From the NCBI GenBank assembly GCA_963745075.1, contig CAVUWV010000015.1:160001-224000 (forward strand): a DNA stretch of 64,000 nucleotides. The letters run 5' to 3'. The DNA is from Candidatus Hydrogenedentota bacterium. GTDB lineage: Bacteria > Hydrogenedentota > Hydrogenedentia > Hydrogenedentales > SLHB01. Made by a program: the position numbers and the translations under genes. The notes under the pieces were generated by a model. The model was given only the letters and a program-made list of their open reading frames with translations, had not been told where the DNA came from and ran no database searches. Numbering within the stretch: the first letter of the stretch is position 1; every line of letters begins with the position of its first letter. Shown piece after piece: positions 49,753 through 59,647 of this stretch.

Positions 49753-51294
49753 TCAGTTCTCCGAATGTTCCGGCAATCGGCCGTAAATCTCCGTCAATTC
49801 CCGCAGCCGCTTTTCCGTGGCCGTTGTCAGCATGTCTTCGGTGAAGCGCCAGCACCAATTTCTACCGCCGGAACTGCCGGGCTGGTTCATGCGGGCTTCG
49901 GTACCGAGGCCCATGATGTCCTGGAGCGGGAAGATGACGGTGTCGGCCACCGACGCCATGGTCGCGCGGATGCAGACCCAATGAATGTCCTTGCCGGTTG
50001 TGTTCAGGTACTTCTTGGCGTACGCGCGCGCAGCTCGAATGTCCGCCTTGCTCTCGGTACTGGCGCCGGTAGCTTTCCACCAGCCGACGGTGGTGTCGTT
50101 GTCGGCGGTGCCGGTGTACGCGACCGTATTGTGTTCCCAAAGGTGGGGGAGCAGGCCGCTGTGCGCGGCGTCTTTGCCGAAAGCGAATTGGAGGACGGCC
50201 ATACCAGGAAAATCGTGGCGATGGCGCAAATTCTCCACCTCGTCGGTAATCAGCCCGAGGTTTTCCGCCACGATGGGGAGTTCCCCAAGGGCGTTTGAAA
50301 GTGCGTGAAAGAGATTATCCCCGGGACCCGGCACCCAGCGGCCGTTGATAGCGGTATCCTCGGACGCGGGGACTTTCCAGAACGCCTCGAACCCGCGAAA
50401 ATGGTCGATGCGCACGAGGTCCACCATGCGCAGCGTCGCTCGCATGCGTTCGGCCCACCAGTTAAACCCGCGCCGTTCCATCTCATCCCATCGATAAATG
50501 GGGTTGCCCCAGAGTTGACCGGTCGAGCTGAAGTAGTCGGGCGGAACACCGGCCACGACGGAGGGGTTGCCTTCGTCATCCAGATGATACAAATCGGGAT
50601 GGGACCACACGTCGGCGCTGTCATGGGCGACGTAGATGGGGATGTCGCCCATGATGTCGATTCCCCGTTCGTTGGCGTAGGACTTCAGCGCGCTCCATTG
50701 CTTGAAGAATTGAAACTGCATGAACTTCAAGACGAGGATTTCGTCCGCCAGCATTTTCCCCCAATGGCGGAGGGCATCCTCGCTTCGTTTCACGAGGTCA
50801 GCATCCCACTGGTTCCACGGTTTGCCGTTCTCGCGGTGCTTCATTGCCATGAACAGCGTGTAATCGCTCAGCCAATGGTTTTCTTTGCGGCAGAAGGCCT
50901 CGAAGGCGGGGTGATCGGGATGATTCTCGTCGGAGTGGAATCGTTCGCCGGCTTGCAGAAGTACGGACTTCTTGTACTCGATTACGGCACCGAAATCGAC
51001 GCGGTCTTTTGGAAACTCGGGCGCCTTGGACAGGTCGCGTTCGTCCAGCAGACCGGTCTCGACCAGGTCTTCTAGACCGATGAGTAAGGGGTTGCCCGCG
51101 AAAGCCGAGAAACACTGGTAGGGCGAATCCCCATACCCCGTGGGGCCGAGGGGCAGCACCTGCCAGACGCGTTGGCCGGTTCGCTCGAGGAAATCGATGA
51201 ATCGGTAGGCCCCGACGCCGAGGTCGCCAATACCAAACCGGCTCGGCAGCGACGTGGGGTGCAACAAGATTCCGCTGGATCGAGGAAATCGCAC
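49753..51294 (-). CDS. malQ: 4-alpha-glucanotransferase (amylomaltase, GH77)
   Basis: SGILLHPTSLP, WQVLPLGP, GDIPIYVAHDSADVW, GVPPDYFS, RIDHFRG, AENLG, RMNQPG. Confidence 0.96.
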   Translation of the reverse strand: MRFPRSSGILLHPTSLPSRFGIGDLGVGAYRFIDFLERTGQRVWQVLPLGPTGYGDSPYQCFSAFAGNPLLIGLEDLVETGLLDERDLSKAPEFPKDRVDFGAVIEYKKSVLLQAGERFHSDENHPDHPAFEAFCRKENHWLSDYTLFMAMKHRENGKPWNQWDADLVKRSEDALRHWGKMLADEILVLKFMQFQFFKQWSALKSYANERGIDIMGDIPIYVAHDSADVWSHPDLYHLDDEGNPSVVAGVPPDYFSSTGQLWGNPIYRWDEMERRGFNWWAERMRATLRMVDLVRIDHFRGFEAFWKVPASEDTAINGRWVPGPGDNLFHALSNALGELPIVAENLGLITDEVENLRHRHDFPGMAVLQFAFGKDAAHSGLLPHLWEHNTVAYTGTADNDTTVGWWKATGASTESKADIRAARAYAKKYLNTTGKDIHWVCIRATMASVADTVIFPLQDIMGLGTEARMNQPGSSGGRNWCWRFTEDMLTTATEKRLRELTEIYGRLPEHSEN

Positions 51295-51380
51295 AGTATA
51301 CTTCCTGTTTGTAATGCCATCCTCGCCGCGAAATTATGGTGGCCGCGGCGCGAGGGATAGCGGATTTTCGTTTGCGGGCG

Positions 51381-52151
51381 CTACTTTTCCAAGGGCTCGA
51401 TGCGGAGATTCCGGTACGCGACCGGACCATGATCCCCCTGAAGCATGAGCGGACCCAGCGGCCGTTCGTCGGAGAATATCGCGGCTCGAGTCGGCCCGCT
51501 GAGTTTTTCCTTCTCGTGGACGACGACGCCGTTGTGCTCGACTTTCACGAACTCGGCATCCGCGATCTTCTTGCCGTCCTTGTCAAAACGCGGCGCTTTG
51601 AAAATGACATCGAAGCTTTGCCATTCGCCGGGCTTCTTCGAAGCGTTCACGCGCGGCGGCAGGCCCTCATACCCCCGTTCGCTGTCGTCCAGTCCGGGTT
51701 CGTCGTGCCAGCGCTGATAAATCCCCCCGCAATCGCTGTACTTGGGATGCTCCACGCCCCAACTGTCCAGCACCTGGATCTCGTAGCGTCCCTGAAAGTA
51801 CACGCCCGAATTCGAATCCTTGGGGACCATGAACTCGATATGCAGTTTCACGTCGCCGTGTTCGACCCGGCTGACGAGGTGGTCGGTGTGTCCGTCTTTT
51901 CCGTTCACTACCGTACCGCCGCCGGGCGACCAATCCAGCAGTTTTTCGTTGTCCGGGTTCGTAAAGGTGTCGCCCACGATCGTCCAGTCGCCGATGGGCT
52001 CGCGGAACGAGTCGCCCAGGTTATTGACGTCGAAAAGGTTCATGGGCTCGTTCACCACCGGCGATTGAGCAGATACGCTGGGTATCCACAGCAACACGGC
52101 CAGGAACAGGCCGGATGAAACCAGGCTTCGCGTGCGGGCACTCTCTAACAT
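51381..52151 (-). CDS. DUF1080 (3-keto-disaccharide hydrolase-like) secreted protein
   Basis: SNSGVYFQGRYEIQVLDS, PGEWQ, NGVVVH, LQGDHGPVAYRNL. Confidence 0.92.
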   Translation of the reverse strand: MLESARTRSLVSSGLFLAVLLWIPSVSAQSPVVNEPMNLFDVNNLGDSFREPIGDWTIVGDTFTNPDNEKLLDWSPGGGTVVNGKDGHTDHLVSRVEHGDVKLHIEFMVPKDSNSGVYFQGRYEIQVLDSWGVEHPKYSDCGGIYQRWHDEPGLDDSERGYEGLPPRVNASKKPGEWQSFDVIFKAPRFDKDGKKIADAEFVKVEHNGVVVHEKEKLSGPTRAAIFSDERPLGPLMLQGDHGPVAYRNLRIEPLEK

Positions 52152-52269
52152 CTCGTTTCCTCGTCCTACGGATTCTTTGTCCAATCAACGGAGGGAGTTC
52201 TTCCCGGAGACGATCATACCTTGATCGTGTTCACGTTGTATAGATGGGAGACGGCAGGCTTTCGGGCCG

Positions 52270-53049
52270 CTATTTGAGCAGCGAGCGCACATGTTTCTGT
52301 ATTGATTTGAATCCCGATCGCAGCGGCTCCGCGTCGCCCTTCACGCCGACAAAATCAATCCGGACCGTTCGCTTGCGGGGCTTGCCCCACGTCTCGGCAT
52401 CAAAAGCGCCGAGCACTTCAATGCCGGCCAGGCGTATGGCCTCTTCGACTTGGCATTGGTCGTACACGCGTTCGTACAACGTATACTCATCGCCGCGGTT
52501 TACCTGGATGCGCGTTTCAACAACCTGAGTGACACGGTCATAGTCGCACCGCCAACGCGTGGAGAGTTTTCCGTCCTTTTCCGTCCAACGTTGCCCCGCG
52601 AAATGATCCAGCACCATACGTTCCGTGACGATGTCGAAATAGAGCACACCGTCCGGTGTGAGGCAATCGGCCATCGCGCGCACCCCGGCGCTCATGTCAT
52701 CGTCGGTCAGCAGGAAATTGAGGCTATCAAAGAGGCAGGTCACGTAGTTGAACGATCCCGCGAACGGCAACGCCCGGATGTCTCCCGCTGCGACGGGCCA
52801 GCGGCTTTGGTGATTCCGGCCGGCGCGCAACATGGAAATGGAGAGGTCGACGCCTGTGCTGTTCCATCGGTCGTGGAGAAGTTTGCGGAGCAAAACACCG
52901 GTTCCGCACGCGACATCGAGGTGGGTGAAGGACCGGGGGAGCAGCCCGGCAATGGCATCGGCAATCAGGTACCACCGGTCGTAATCCACGTGCCGCATAA
53001 TTCCGTCGTAGAACCGGGCAAGGTCGATAAAGGAATCCTGGGCACTCAC
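52270..53049 (-). CDS. Class I SAM-dependent methyltransferase (YqeM-like)
   Basis: ARFYDGIM, LDVACGTG, GVDLSISML, CLFDSLNFL; GTG start overlaps the yqeK stop (GTGA). Confidence 0.88.
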   Translation of the reverse strand: MSAQDSFIDLARFYDGIMRHVDYDRWYLIADAIAGLLPRSFTHLDVACGTGVLLRKLLHDRWNSTGVDLSISMLRAGRNHQSRWPVAAGDIRALPFAGSFNYVTCLFDSLNFLLTDDDMSAGVRAMADCLTPDGVLYFDIVTERMVLDHFAGQRWTEKDGKLSTRWRCDYDRVTQVVETRIQVNRGDEYTLYERVYDQCQVEEAIRLAGIEVLGAFDAETWGKPRKRTVRIDFVGVKGDAEPLRSGFKSIQKHVRSLLK

Positions 53050-53666
53050 TGGGGCTTTCCAGCCAGGAGCCAATTGTGAAAGGCCTGAGTCTGGGGATCG
53101 ATGGCGGCGCCCTTTTCGGCGAGATGGGCGAGTTTCCCCTCCGCCGCAACGCAAAGCGCCGCATCGAATCCATCGTTATCGTAGACGCTCAGCGCTTTAT
53201 CCGACATGGGATGGCGGCGTAGGGGCTCGGCGAAGTCGGCGAAAAACAGGGCTTGCCCGAGAAGACCCAACCCGGCCCGCCCGGTCACGTGCCAGAATAT
53301 TGCTTCGTAGACTTCGGGTGAATCGACACCGAGACGAGCTTGACTCTCCGCCGCGGCGACGTAGCCGTGCAGCAGGTTCGGCTTCGCCATCTGGATCGCG
53401 TTGATGGCGATTCCGTGATCGCGCGCCTTTTCCAGCATGGCGTCATTCTTCAGCCCTTTGCACGAGTCGTGCAGCAATCCGGCGGCGACTGCGTTCGCCC
53501 GGTCCAGGGCGAGATCTCCAGCAATGACGTAGAGCACTTGCGTGACCGAAATGGAGTGGACCACCCGGCGTTCCCCCACGCAGCCGTGCAGGTATTCGAG
53601 AAATTCCGGCGCGCGTTCCACTTGTTTCCACTCGCCATTCAAGTTCTCGACCCGGGTTCTAAGCAT
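53046..53666 (-). CDS. yqeK: HD-domain bis(5'-nucleosyl)-tetraphosphatase YqeK
   Basis: RVVHS, GLLHDSCK, LLHG, HVTG, ADFAEP; follows nadD. Confidence 0.88.
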   Translation of the reverse strand: MLRTRVENLNGEWKQVERAPEFLEYLHGCVGERRVVHSISVTQVLYVIAGDLALDRANAVAAGLLHDSCKGLKNDAMLEKARDHGIAINAIQMAKPNLLHGYVAAAESQARLGVDSPEVYEAIFWHVTGRAGLGLLGQALFFADFAEPLRRHPMSDKALSVYDNDGFDAALCVAAEGKLAHLAEKGAAIDPQTQAFHNWLLAGKPQ

Positions 53667-54283
53667 CGCGCCCACCGTTCGGAGGATTCACCGGGCACGA
53701 ATCGATATACCCCGTCGCGTTCGATGATCTCGCGCACGGCCGGGGGCAGAGTCGAGGCCAAGGGGTCTCCGTCGACGATGCGGCGCCGGACTTCCGTCGA
53801 CGAGATTTCCGTTGGTTCAAATTGGAGCACGTCGTAGTGGCCCCGCACCGCATCGGGGACTTCCCAATCGCCGGGCCGTGGCACAACCAGCAGGTGGGCC
53901 CGCTCCAGAATTCGCTCGGGATCCCGCCAGCGTGGAAGGTCGATTAGGGCATCCATCCCGAGGACAAGATACAAGCCGGCTTGTGGGAATTCATTGTGTA
54001 ATGCATCGAGCGTATCTGCTGTGTAGGATGGTCCCTCGCGATCCAATTCAATACGACTGGCTTCCATTTTGGATTCACTCGCCACTGCCGTTTCCACGAG
54101 ACGATACCGCTCCTCCGCCGCGGCGAAGGTGGCGTCGCGTTTGTGCGGCGGTTCCCCGGCGACCACGAACAACAGCCGATCCAGATTGGCCTGCGCGACC
54201 GCCGCGCGCCCGATTTCCAAATGCGCGGCATGAATCGGATCGAAGGTCCCGCCGAAGACGCCTATACGCAGATCCTCAGCCAA
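53639..54283 (-). CDS. nadD: Nicotinate-nucleotide adenylyltransferase
   Basis: GVFGGTFDPIHAAH, PPHK, SYTADTL, LGMD, ISSTEVR. Confidence 0.96.
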   Translation of the reverse strand: MAEDLRIGVFGGTFDPIHAAHLEIGRAAVAQANLDRLLFVVAGEPPHKRDATFAAAEERYRLVETAVASESKMEASRIELDREGPSYTADTLDALHNEFPQAGLYLVLGMDALIDLPRWRDPERILERAHLLVVPRPGDWEVPDAVRGHYDVLQFEPTEISSTEVRRRIVDGDPLASTLPPAVREIIERDGVYRFVPGESSERWARCLEPGSRT

Positions 54284-55553
54284 GGACTTGACCCGAGCCC
54301 CGAATCACGTACTTGAGGGACGTCAGCTCTTTCAACGCCATGGGGCCCCGGCAATGGAGTTTGTTGGTGCTGATCCCGATTTCGGCGCCCAGCCCGAACT
54401 GAAAGCCATCGGTGAAACGCGTGGATGCGTTAACGTAGACTGTCGCGCTGTCTACATCGTTCAAGAACCGCTCGGCCGCATCGTAGCTCCGGGTCACGAT
54501 CGCATCGGAGTGATGAGAACCGAATTCGTTGATATGATCGATGGCCTCCTCGATTGATTTCACGACCTTGATCGCAAGGATCTTGTCAAGGTACTCCGCC
54601 GTCCAGTCCTCTTCCGTCGCGGCGGTGCAATCGATGATTGTGCGCGTGCGTTCGCACCCGCGCAGTTCGCATCCGCCATCGCGCAGGGTCCTGCCAACGA
54701 CGGGCAAGAACTGTTCCGCTACCGCTTCATGAACCAGCATGGTTTCCATGGCGTTACAGACGCCGGGCCGCTGCAGTTTGGCGTTGACACAAATCGATTG
54801 GGCCATTTCGAGGTCCGCATCTTCGTGCACGTACGTGTGGCATACGCCGTCGAGATGGGCCACGACGGGGATCCGCGATTCGTCGTAGATTCGTGCAATG
54901 AGGTTCTTCCCGCCGCGGGGCACGATAACGTCAATATACTTGTCCAGCTTCAACATGGCGCCGACCGCGTTCCGGTCGGTAGTCGTAATGATCTGGACCG
55001 CATGAACGGGCACGCCCGCTGCGGTGGCACCCTCCTGGAACACCTTCGCAATCGCGACGTTCGAGTGAATCGCCTCGGAGCCGCCTCTCAGGATACAGGC
55101 GTTGCCCGACTTCAGGCAAAGCGCGGCCGCGTCGGCGGTCACGTTCGGACGGCTTTCGTAAATGATGCCCACCACGCCCAACGGTTGGCGAACCTGGGCG
55201 ATGCGCAGGCCGTTGGGACGAATCGTCTGACTGACGATGTCGCCAACCGGATCGGGTAACGCCGCGACCTGTTCCAAGCCTTCCGCCATCGCGTCGATGC
55301 GTTTGTCCGCCAACTCGAGACGGTCGAGCATGGCGCTCGACAGGCCCTTTTCCCGGCCGGCGTCGAGATCCTTCTTGTTCTCCGCCTGGAGCGCTTTGCG
55401 TGCATCACGGAGCCGTTGTGCGATGCTGCGCAACGCGGCATCTTTGACAGATGAAGACAGCGAACGAAGCCGGTTGGACGCCTCGCGGGCTTGCCGGCCG
55501 ATCGCTTCGATTTCCTGGTTCAAGGCGGTGCCCTTGGCTTCAATGGTCGCCAC
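54276..55553 (-). CDS. proA: Glutamate-5-semialdehyde dehydrogenase
   Basis: PLGVVGIIYESRPNVT, LRGGSEA, CNAMETML, NASTRFTDG, EIGIST. Confidence 0.97.
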   Translation of the reverse strand: MATIEAKGTALNQEIEAIGRQAREASNRLRSLSSSVKDAALRSIAQRLRDARKALQAENKKDLDAGREKGLSSAMLDRLELADKRIDAMAEGLEQVAALPDPVGDIVSQTIRPNGLRIAQVRQPLGVVGIIYESRPNVTADAAALCLKSGNACILRGGSEAIHSNVAIAKVFQEGATAAGVPVHAVQIITTTDRNAVGAMLKLDKYIDVIVPRGGKNLIARIYDESRIPVVAHLDGVCHTYVHEDADLEMAQSICVNAKLQRPGVCNAMETMLVHEAVAEQFLPVVGRTLRDGGCELRGCERTRTIIDCTAATEEDWTAEYLDKILAIKVVKSIEEAIDHINEFGSHHSDAIVTRSYDAAERFLNDVDSATVYVNASTRFTDGFQFGLGAEIGISTNKLHCRGPMALKELTSLKYVIRGSGQVLG

Positions 55554-55585
55554 GGTATCTTCTCCCAATTGGCTGAGGCCGTCCG

Positions 55586-56725
55586 CTACAGAATTACCAG
55601 ATTATCGCGGTGTATGACCTCGTCAAAATCTTTTCGTCCTAGAATGGACTGAATATTTGCGCTTTTGCAACCCTTGATGCGGTTGATCTCATCGCTCGAG
55701 TAATTGACCAGTCCCCGGGCGATGTCTTGACCTTTGGCATCGAGAATTCGCACGGCGGCCCCCATGTCGAAAGCGCCGTCGACGCTGGTAATCCCCGCCG
55801 CGAGCAGGCTTCGACCCTGGTCGAGCAAGGCCCGGCGCGCGCCGTCGTCGATCCGAATCGCACCTTTGGTCGCACGGCCGAAGGCGATCCAGCGCTTTCG
55901 GTGGGACATGGCCTCGACCGCTTTGCCGAACGTCGTGCAAAGGGCTTTTCCATCGAGCACGTCGCGCACGATGCCCGGCCGGTGTCCGTTCGCGATCGCC
56001 ATGACGTACCCCGAAGCGCACGCAATTTTTGCGGCGTCCAGCTTGGTCTTCATTCCACCAACGGACGTGGCGACTTCCGTATCGCCCGCGAGCGATTCGA
56101 TTGTATCCGTCACCGTTTCCACATGGGGAATGAGTTCGGCATTCGAATGGAGGTTGGGATTCTTGTCGAACAAACCATCAACGTCGCTGAGAATAATCAG
56201 CATGTCGGCGTCCACTTTGCCGGCGACTCGCGCAGACAGGCTGTCGTTGTCGCCGAAGCGCAACTCGTCCGTCGCCACCGAGTCGTTCTCATTCACAATC
56301 GGAATGACCGATTTCAGGTCGAAAAGCGTGTGAATCGTATTGCGAATGTTGATGTAGCGTTGCCGATCGTCCAGATCCGCCGCGGACAACAGGACCTGCG
56401 CGGCGTGGTATCCGTTTCCATACGTTTCAAACATGACCTCGTAGTAATGCATGAGGCGGGACTGCCCGACGGCGGCCGTTGCTTGTTTGAGGGGAAGCAG
56501 CTTGGGCCGTTCGGTCATCCCGAGCAGGTTCATGCCGCAGCCGATGGCGCCCGAGGAAACCATCAGCACGTTCAGGTCGCGTTCCCGTTTGAGAACGGAC
56601 AATTCCTGCACGATTTGTTCCAGGATACGTCCGTCAAATCCGGTGGGCCCGGCCAGCAACGACGTGCCGACCTTTACGACGAGTGTTTTCACCCGATCGG
56701 GCAGGTTATTCGGCGTGGTACTCAA
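55586..56725 (-). CDS. proB: Glutamate 5-kinase with PUA domain
   Basis: VVKVGTS, VSSGAIG, PIVNEND, FGDND, GGMKTK, RKRWI; start uncertain (56725 or 56740). Confidence 0.97.
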   Translation of the reverse strand: MSTTPNNLPDRVKTLVVKVGTSLLAGPTGFDGRILEQIVQELSVLKRERDLNVLMVSSGAIGCGMNLLGMTERPKLLPLKQATAAVGQSRLMHYYEVMFETYGNGYHAAQVLLSAADLDDRQRYINIRNTIHTLFDLKSVIPIVNENDSVATDELRFGDNDSLSARVAGKVDADMLIILSDVDGLFDKNPNLHSNAELIPHVETVTDTIESLAGDTEVATSVGGMKTKLDAAKIACASGYVMAIANGHRPGIVRDVLDGKALCTTFGKAVEAMSHRKRWIAFGRATKGAIRIDDGARRALLDQGRSLLAAGITSVDGAFDMGAAVRILDAKGQDIARGLVNYSSDEINRIKGCKSANIQSILGRKDFDEVIHRDNLVIL

Positions 56726-57959
56726 GTTCGATATCCCCAATCACGATGGTTTCGCCTTCCTTGGCGCCCAATCGTTTTAATGCTTTAAGCAAACCCATGC
56801 GCTGAAATCGTTTCTGCAAATGGCGCACGGCCTCGTCGTTGTTGAAATCCGTCATGAGCACCGCGCGCGTCACTGCTTTCCCTTCGATTTCAAATCCGTT
56901 ATGGATACGCGCAATCTGAAACGGTGCTTCGAAGACAAACTCGACTTCCTGCTGGGGCGTTTCCTCGATGTCCTCTTCGGCCTTCAGCCGGTCAACGATG
57001 GCCCACAGATGTTCGAGGAGTTCGGGAATTCCTTCGCCGGTGGCCCCGGAGATCAGCCAAGGTCGATCGAAGTCATGCGACACGGTATCAAATCGGGCGC
57101 GGTTCTCCGAAACGTCCGCCTTATTCAGCGCGAAAATTTTGGTCCGTCGCGCGAATAGGTCGCTGTGCTGCGCCAACTCCTTTTCCAGGACGTCCCGCGT
57201 CGCTACTGGGTCCGCGTCCCCCAAGTCGATGAGAAACAGCAGTACGCGCGTGCGTTCGATGTGGCGGAGAAAATCGTGTCCAAGCCCTTTCCCATCCGCC
57301 GCGCCTTCGATGATGCCCGGAATATCCGCGATGGTAAGCGATCGGTGATCGCTCAAAGGCGCAACGCCAAGGTTGGGGGACAGCGTCGTGAACGGGTAAT
57401 CGGCGATCTTGGGACGGGCGGCGCTCACGGAGGCCAGGAAGGTCGATTTGCCTGCATTGGGGAGCCCCACCAGGCCGACCTCGGCGATAACCTTCAGTTC
57501 CAGCACGAACCGGCGATCTTCGCCGGGCTCGCCCTTCTCGGCAAACTTGGGCGCGCGATCGGTTGACGTGGCGAATCGAGCGTTTCCCCGTCCGCCGTGA
57601 CCCCCGCGTGCCGCGAGGAATTGTGCCTGGTCGTCCGTCAGGTCGGCGACAACCCTTTCCGTTTCCTCGTCTTTAATGACAGTGCCGGGAGGCACGTGAA
57701 TGAAGACATCCTCGCCGGTTTTTCCGTGGCAATCGCTGCCTTGACCGTGGACGCCGTGATTGCCTTTCCAGTGGGCGTGAAACCGAAGGTCCAGGAGGGA
57801 AGAATAGCGGGAATCCGCGATGAAGTATATCGAGCCGCCGTCGCCGCCGTCACCGCCATTGGGGCCGCCCCGGGGCACGTACTTCTCGCGCCGGAAGCTG
57901 CAGCACCCATTGCCGCCCGCACCACCCGTAACCCGAATTCGTGCGCGATCGACAAACAT
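56706..57959 (-). CDS. obgE: GTPase Obg/CgtA
   Basis: FRREKYVPRGGPNGGDGG, GLPNAGKS, YPFTT, DIPG, NKAD. Confidence 0.98.
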   Translation of the reverse strand: MFVDRARIRVTGGAGGNGCCSFRREKYVPRGGPNGGDGGDGGSIYFIADSRYSSLLDLRFHAHWKGNHGVHGQGSDCHGKTGEDVFIHVPPGTVIKDEETERVVADLTDDQAQFLAARGGHGGRGNARFATSTDRAPKFAEKGEPGEDRRFVLELKVIAEVGLVGLPNAGKSTFLASVSAARPKIADYPFTTLSPNLGVAPLSDHRSLTIADIPGIIEGAADGKGLGHDFLRHIERTRVLLFLIDLGDADPVATRDVLEKELAQHSDLFARRTKIFALNKADVSENRARFDTVSHDFDRPWLISGATGEGIPELLEHLWAIVDRLKAEEDIEETPQQEVEFVFEAPFQIARIHNGFEIEGKAVTRAVLMTDFNNDEAVRHLQKRFQRMGLLKALKRLGAKEGETIVIGDIELEYHAE

Positions 57960-57983
57960 GATAGGCAGCCATCGGCCGCAGCA

Positions 57984-58250
57984 CTATTCGGCTGCGGCCG
58001 CCTCGACTACGTCAACACATTTGCGGTCTTTGCGCGTCTGACGAAACGCGACTACGCCGTCCTTCAGGGCGAACAAGGTGTCGTCCTTGCCGATCCCTAC
58101 GTTTTGGCCGGGGTGAAATTTGGTGCCCCGTTGACGAACGAGGATATTGCCCGCACGGACCGCTTGGCCTCCGAATTTCTTGATGCCGAGGCGTTGTGCT
58201 TGGCTGTCGCGCCCGTTGCGCGAGCTGCCGCCAGCTTTCTTATGAGCCAT
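57984..58250 (-). CDS. rpmA: 50S ribosomal protein L27
   Basis: [26 protein letters not shown]. Confidence 0.98.
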   Translation of the reverse strand: MAHKKAGGSSRNGRDSQAQRLGIKKFGGQAVRAGNILVRQRGTKFHPGQNVGIGKDDTLFALKDGVVAFRQTRKDRKCVDVVEAAAAE

Positions 58251-58263
58251 GATCTATTCTCCC

Positions 58264-58575
58264 TTAGGCCTGGATGTCGCGAACTTTGAGCTGCGTGTAA
58301 GATTGCCGGTGGCCTTGTGTCCGGATATAGTTCTTGCGGCGTTTTTTCTTGAACACGCGAATTTTCTTCGCGCGATCCTGCTCGGTCACCTCGCAGATGA
58401 CTTTGGCCTTCTTCAGTTTCTTGGGATCCACCACCAGCGAATCCTCATTGGCCAGCAGACACACGTTCGACAGTTCGATCGTGTCGCCCACGGGCGCTTC
58501 GATTTTCTCGACGCGAACAACGTCGCCCTTGGCGACCTTGATCTGTTTGCCGCCCGTCGCTACCACTGCGTACAT
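58264..58575 (-). CDS. rplU: 50S ribosomal protein L21
   Basis: MYAVVATGGKQIKV, FKKKRRKNY, GHRQ. Confidence 0.98.
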   Translation of the reverse strand: MYAVVATGGKQIKVAKGDVVRVEKIEAPVGDTIELSNVCLLANEDSLVVDPKKLKKAKVICEVTEQDRAKKIRVFKKKRRKNYIRTQGHRQSYTQLKVRDIQA

Positions 58576-58652
58576 GTTGGGTTCTCCATCTTTACGTGCG
58601 CCCGATACGCACCCGGCCAATCACATTCTACAAAAAACGTCTCGTTCTGCGT

Positions 58653-59462
58653 TCAATGACGCGTCAAAAACTGCGCTGCGGCCGCGCGAAGCTCGGCTAC
58701 GGCCGACAAAGAGGCCAGATAGCTGGACTTCGCGTTCCGCGGTGACGGCAAATTTTCCGTCATCGTCTTCATCTGCCCGAAGGCGCCTTCCGCGGTCACC
58801 TCGTGCGAGTTAACGGTGGCGTGGGGGTCCGCGATAACGCGAACCCGTGTCTCATCCGGGCCGATCCCTGCCAGACTCAACACCGCCGCGACATTTGCAC
58901 TATGCGGAAACGCCCGGCACGCCTCTCGGGCGGTGCCTTCAAAAACCAGTCTTGGTTTCGTCAAACTCTCCACATCAATGTCGTGTTCGACGAGATACGG
59001 CGCGCCCGATAAGCCTCTTGGGGGCTTGCGCGTGGTCAGCGTCACGTGATGCAGTCCCGCTTCCATCGCGGCGCGGATCCCGTCGAGGCCGCACACAGCG
59101 CCCGACGGCAATCGGATCTGAACGTTGTTCTTCCGGGCCGACTCGAACAGTTCCGGGTGCTCCATCAGTCCCCCGACGCTCAAGATCAGACAGTCGCTTC
59201 GATGGCGAATGGCCGCATCCACGACATCCTTGACGACCGAGGGTTGCGCGCATTCGAGCAACAAATCGACTTTGGCTGCGGCCGCGTCGAGGTCGCATAT
59301 TTCAGCATTCAAATTGAATGAATTCAAGAGAAGCGTCGCGCGTGCTTCGTCGATATCCGTCAGTGCCACGATTTGCGCGGGAATCTGGCCCCGTTGGAGG
59401 GCGATGCACAAGTCCGCTCCGATGTTGCCACAGCCGACGAGGCCCACTTTCATCTTGGACAT
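58653..59462 (-). CDS. nadX: L-aspartate dehydrogenase
   Basis: VGLVGCGNIG, LSVGGL, PSGAVCGLD, TTRKPP, FEGTAREA, FPHSANVA, ENLPSPRN. Confidence 0.9.
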   Translation of the reverse strand: MSKMKVGLVGCGNIGADLCIALQRGQIPAQIVALTDIDEARATLLLNSFNLNAEICDLDAAAAKVDLLLECAQPSVVKDVVDAAIRHRSDCLILSVGGLMEHPELFESARKNNVQIRLPSGAVCGLDGIRAAMEAGLHHVTLTTRKPPRGLSGAPYLVEHDIDVESLTKPRLVFEGTAREACRAFPHSANVAAVLSLAGIGPDETRVRVIADPHATVNSHEVTAEGAFGQMKTMTENLPSPRNAKSSYLASLSAVAELRAAAAQFLTRH

Positions 59463-59647
59463 AGATATCCCGTCGCAAAGGCACCGGGCGAAAACGTGTC
59501 GCTCGAACGGGGCCTCTCGTTGAATTCATTGCGCCAGACACATACGGCGCACAAGTCGAATGGCGGAGGGTACCACACGATGGAGCCGCAAGTCAAACTC
59601 GTGCGGAGGCTTAAGCGCTACGGCGCTGGCGTCGTCGTCGAAACGCG

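Noticed and set aside
58576..58652. L21 leader RNA (GTGCG..CGCAC hairpin upstream of rplU)
   Set aside because: A short hairpin and a TAGAAT-like box are visible, but I cannot match them to the Rfam model by eye
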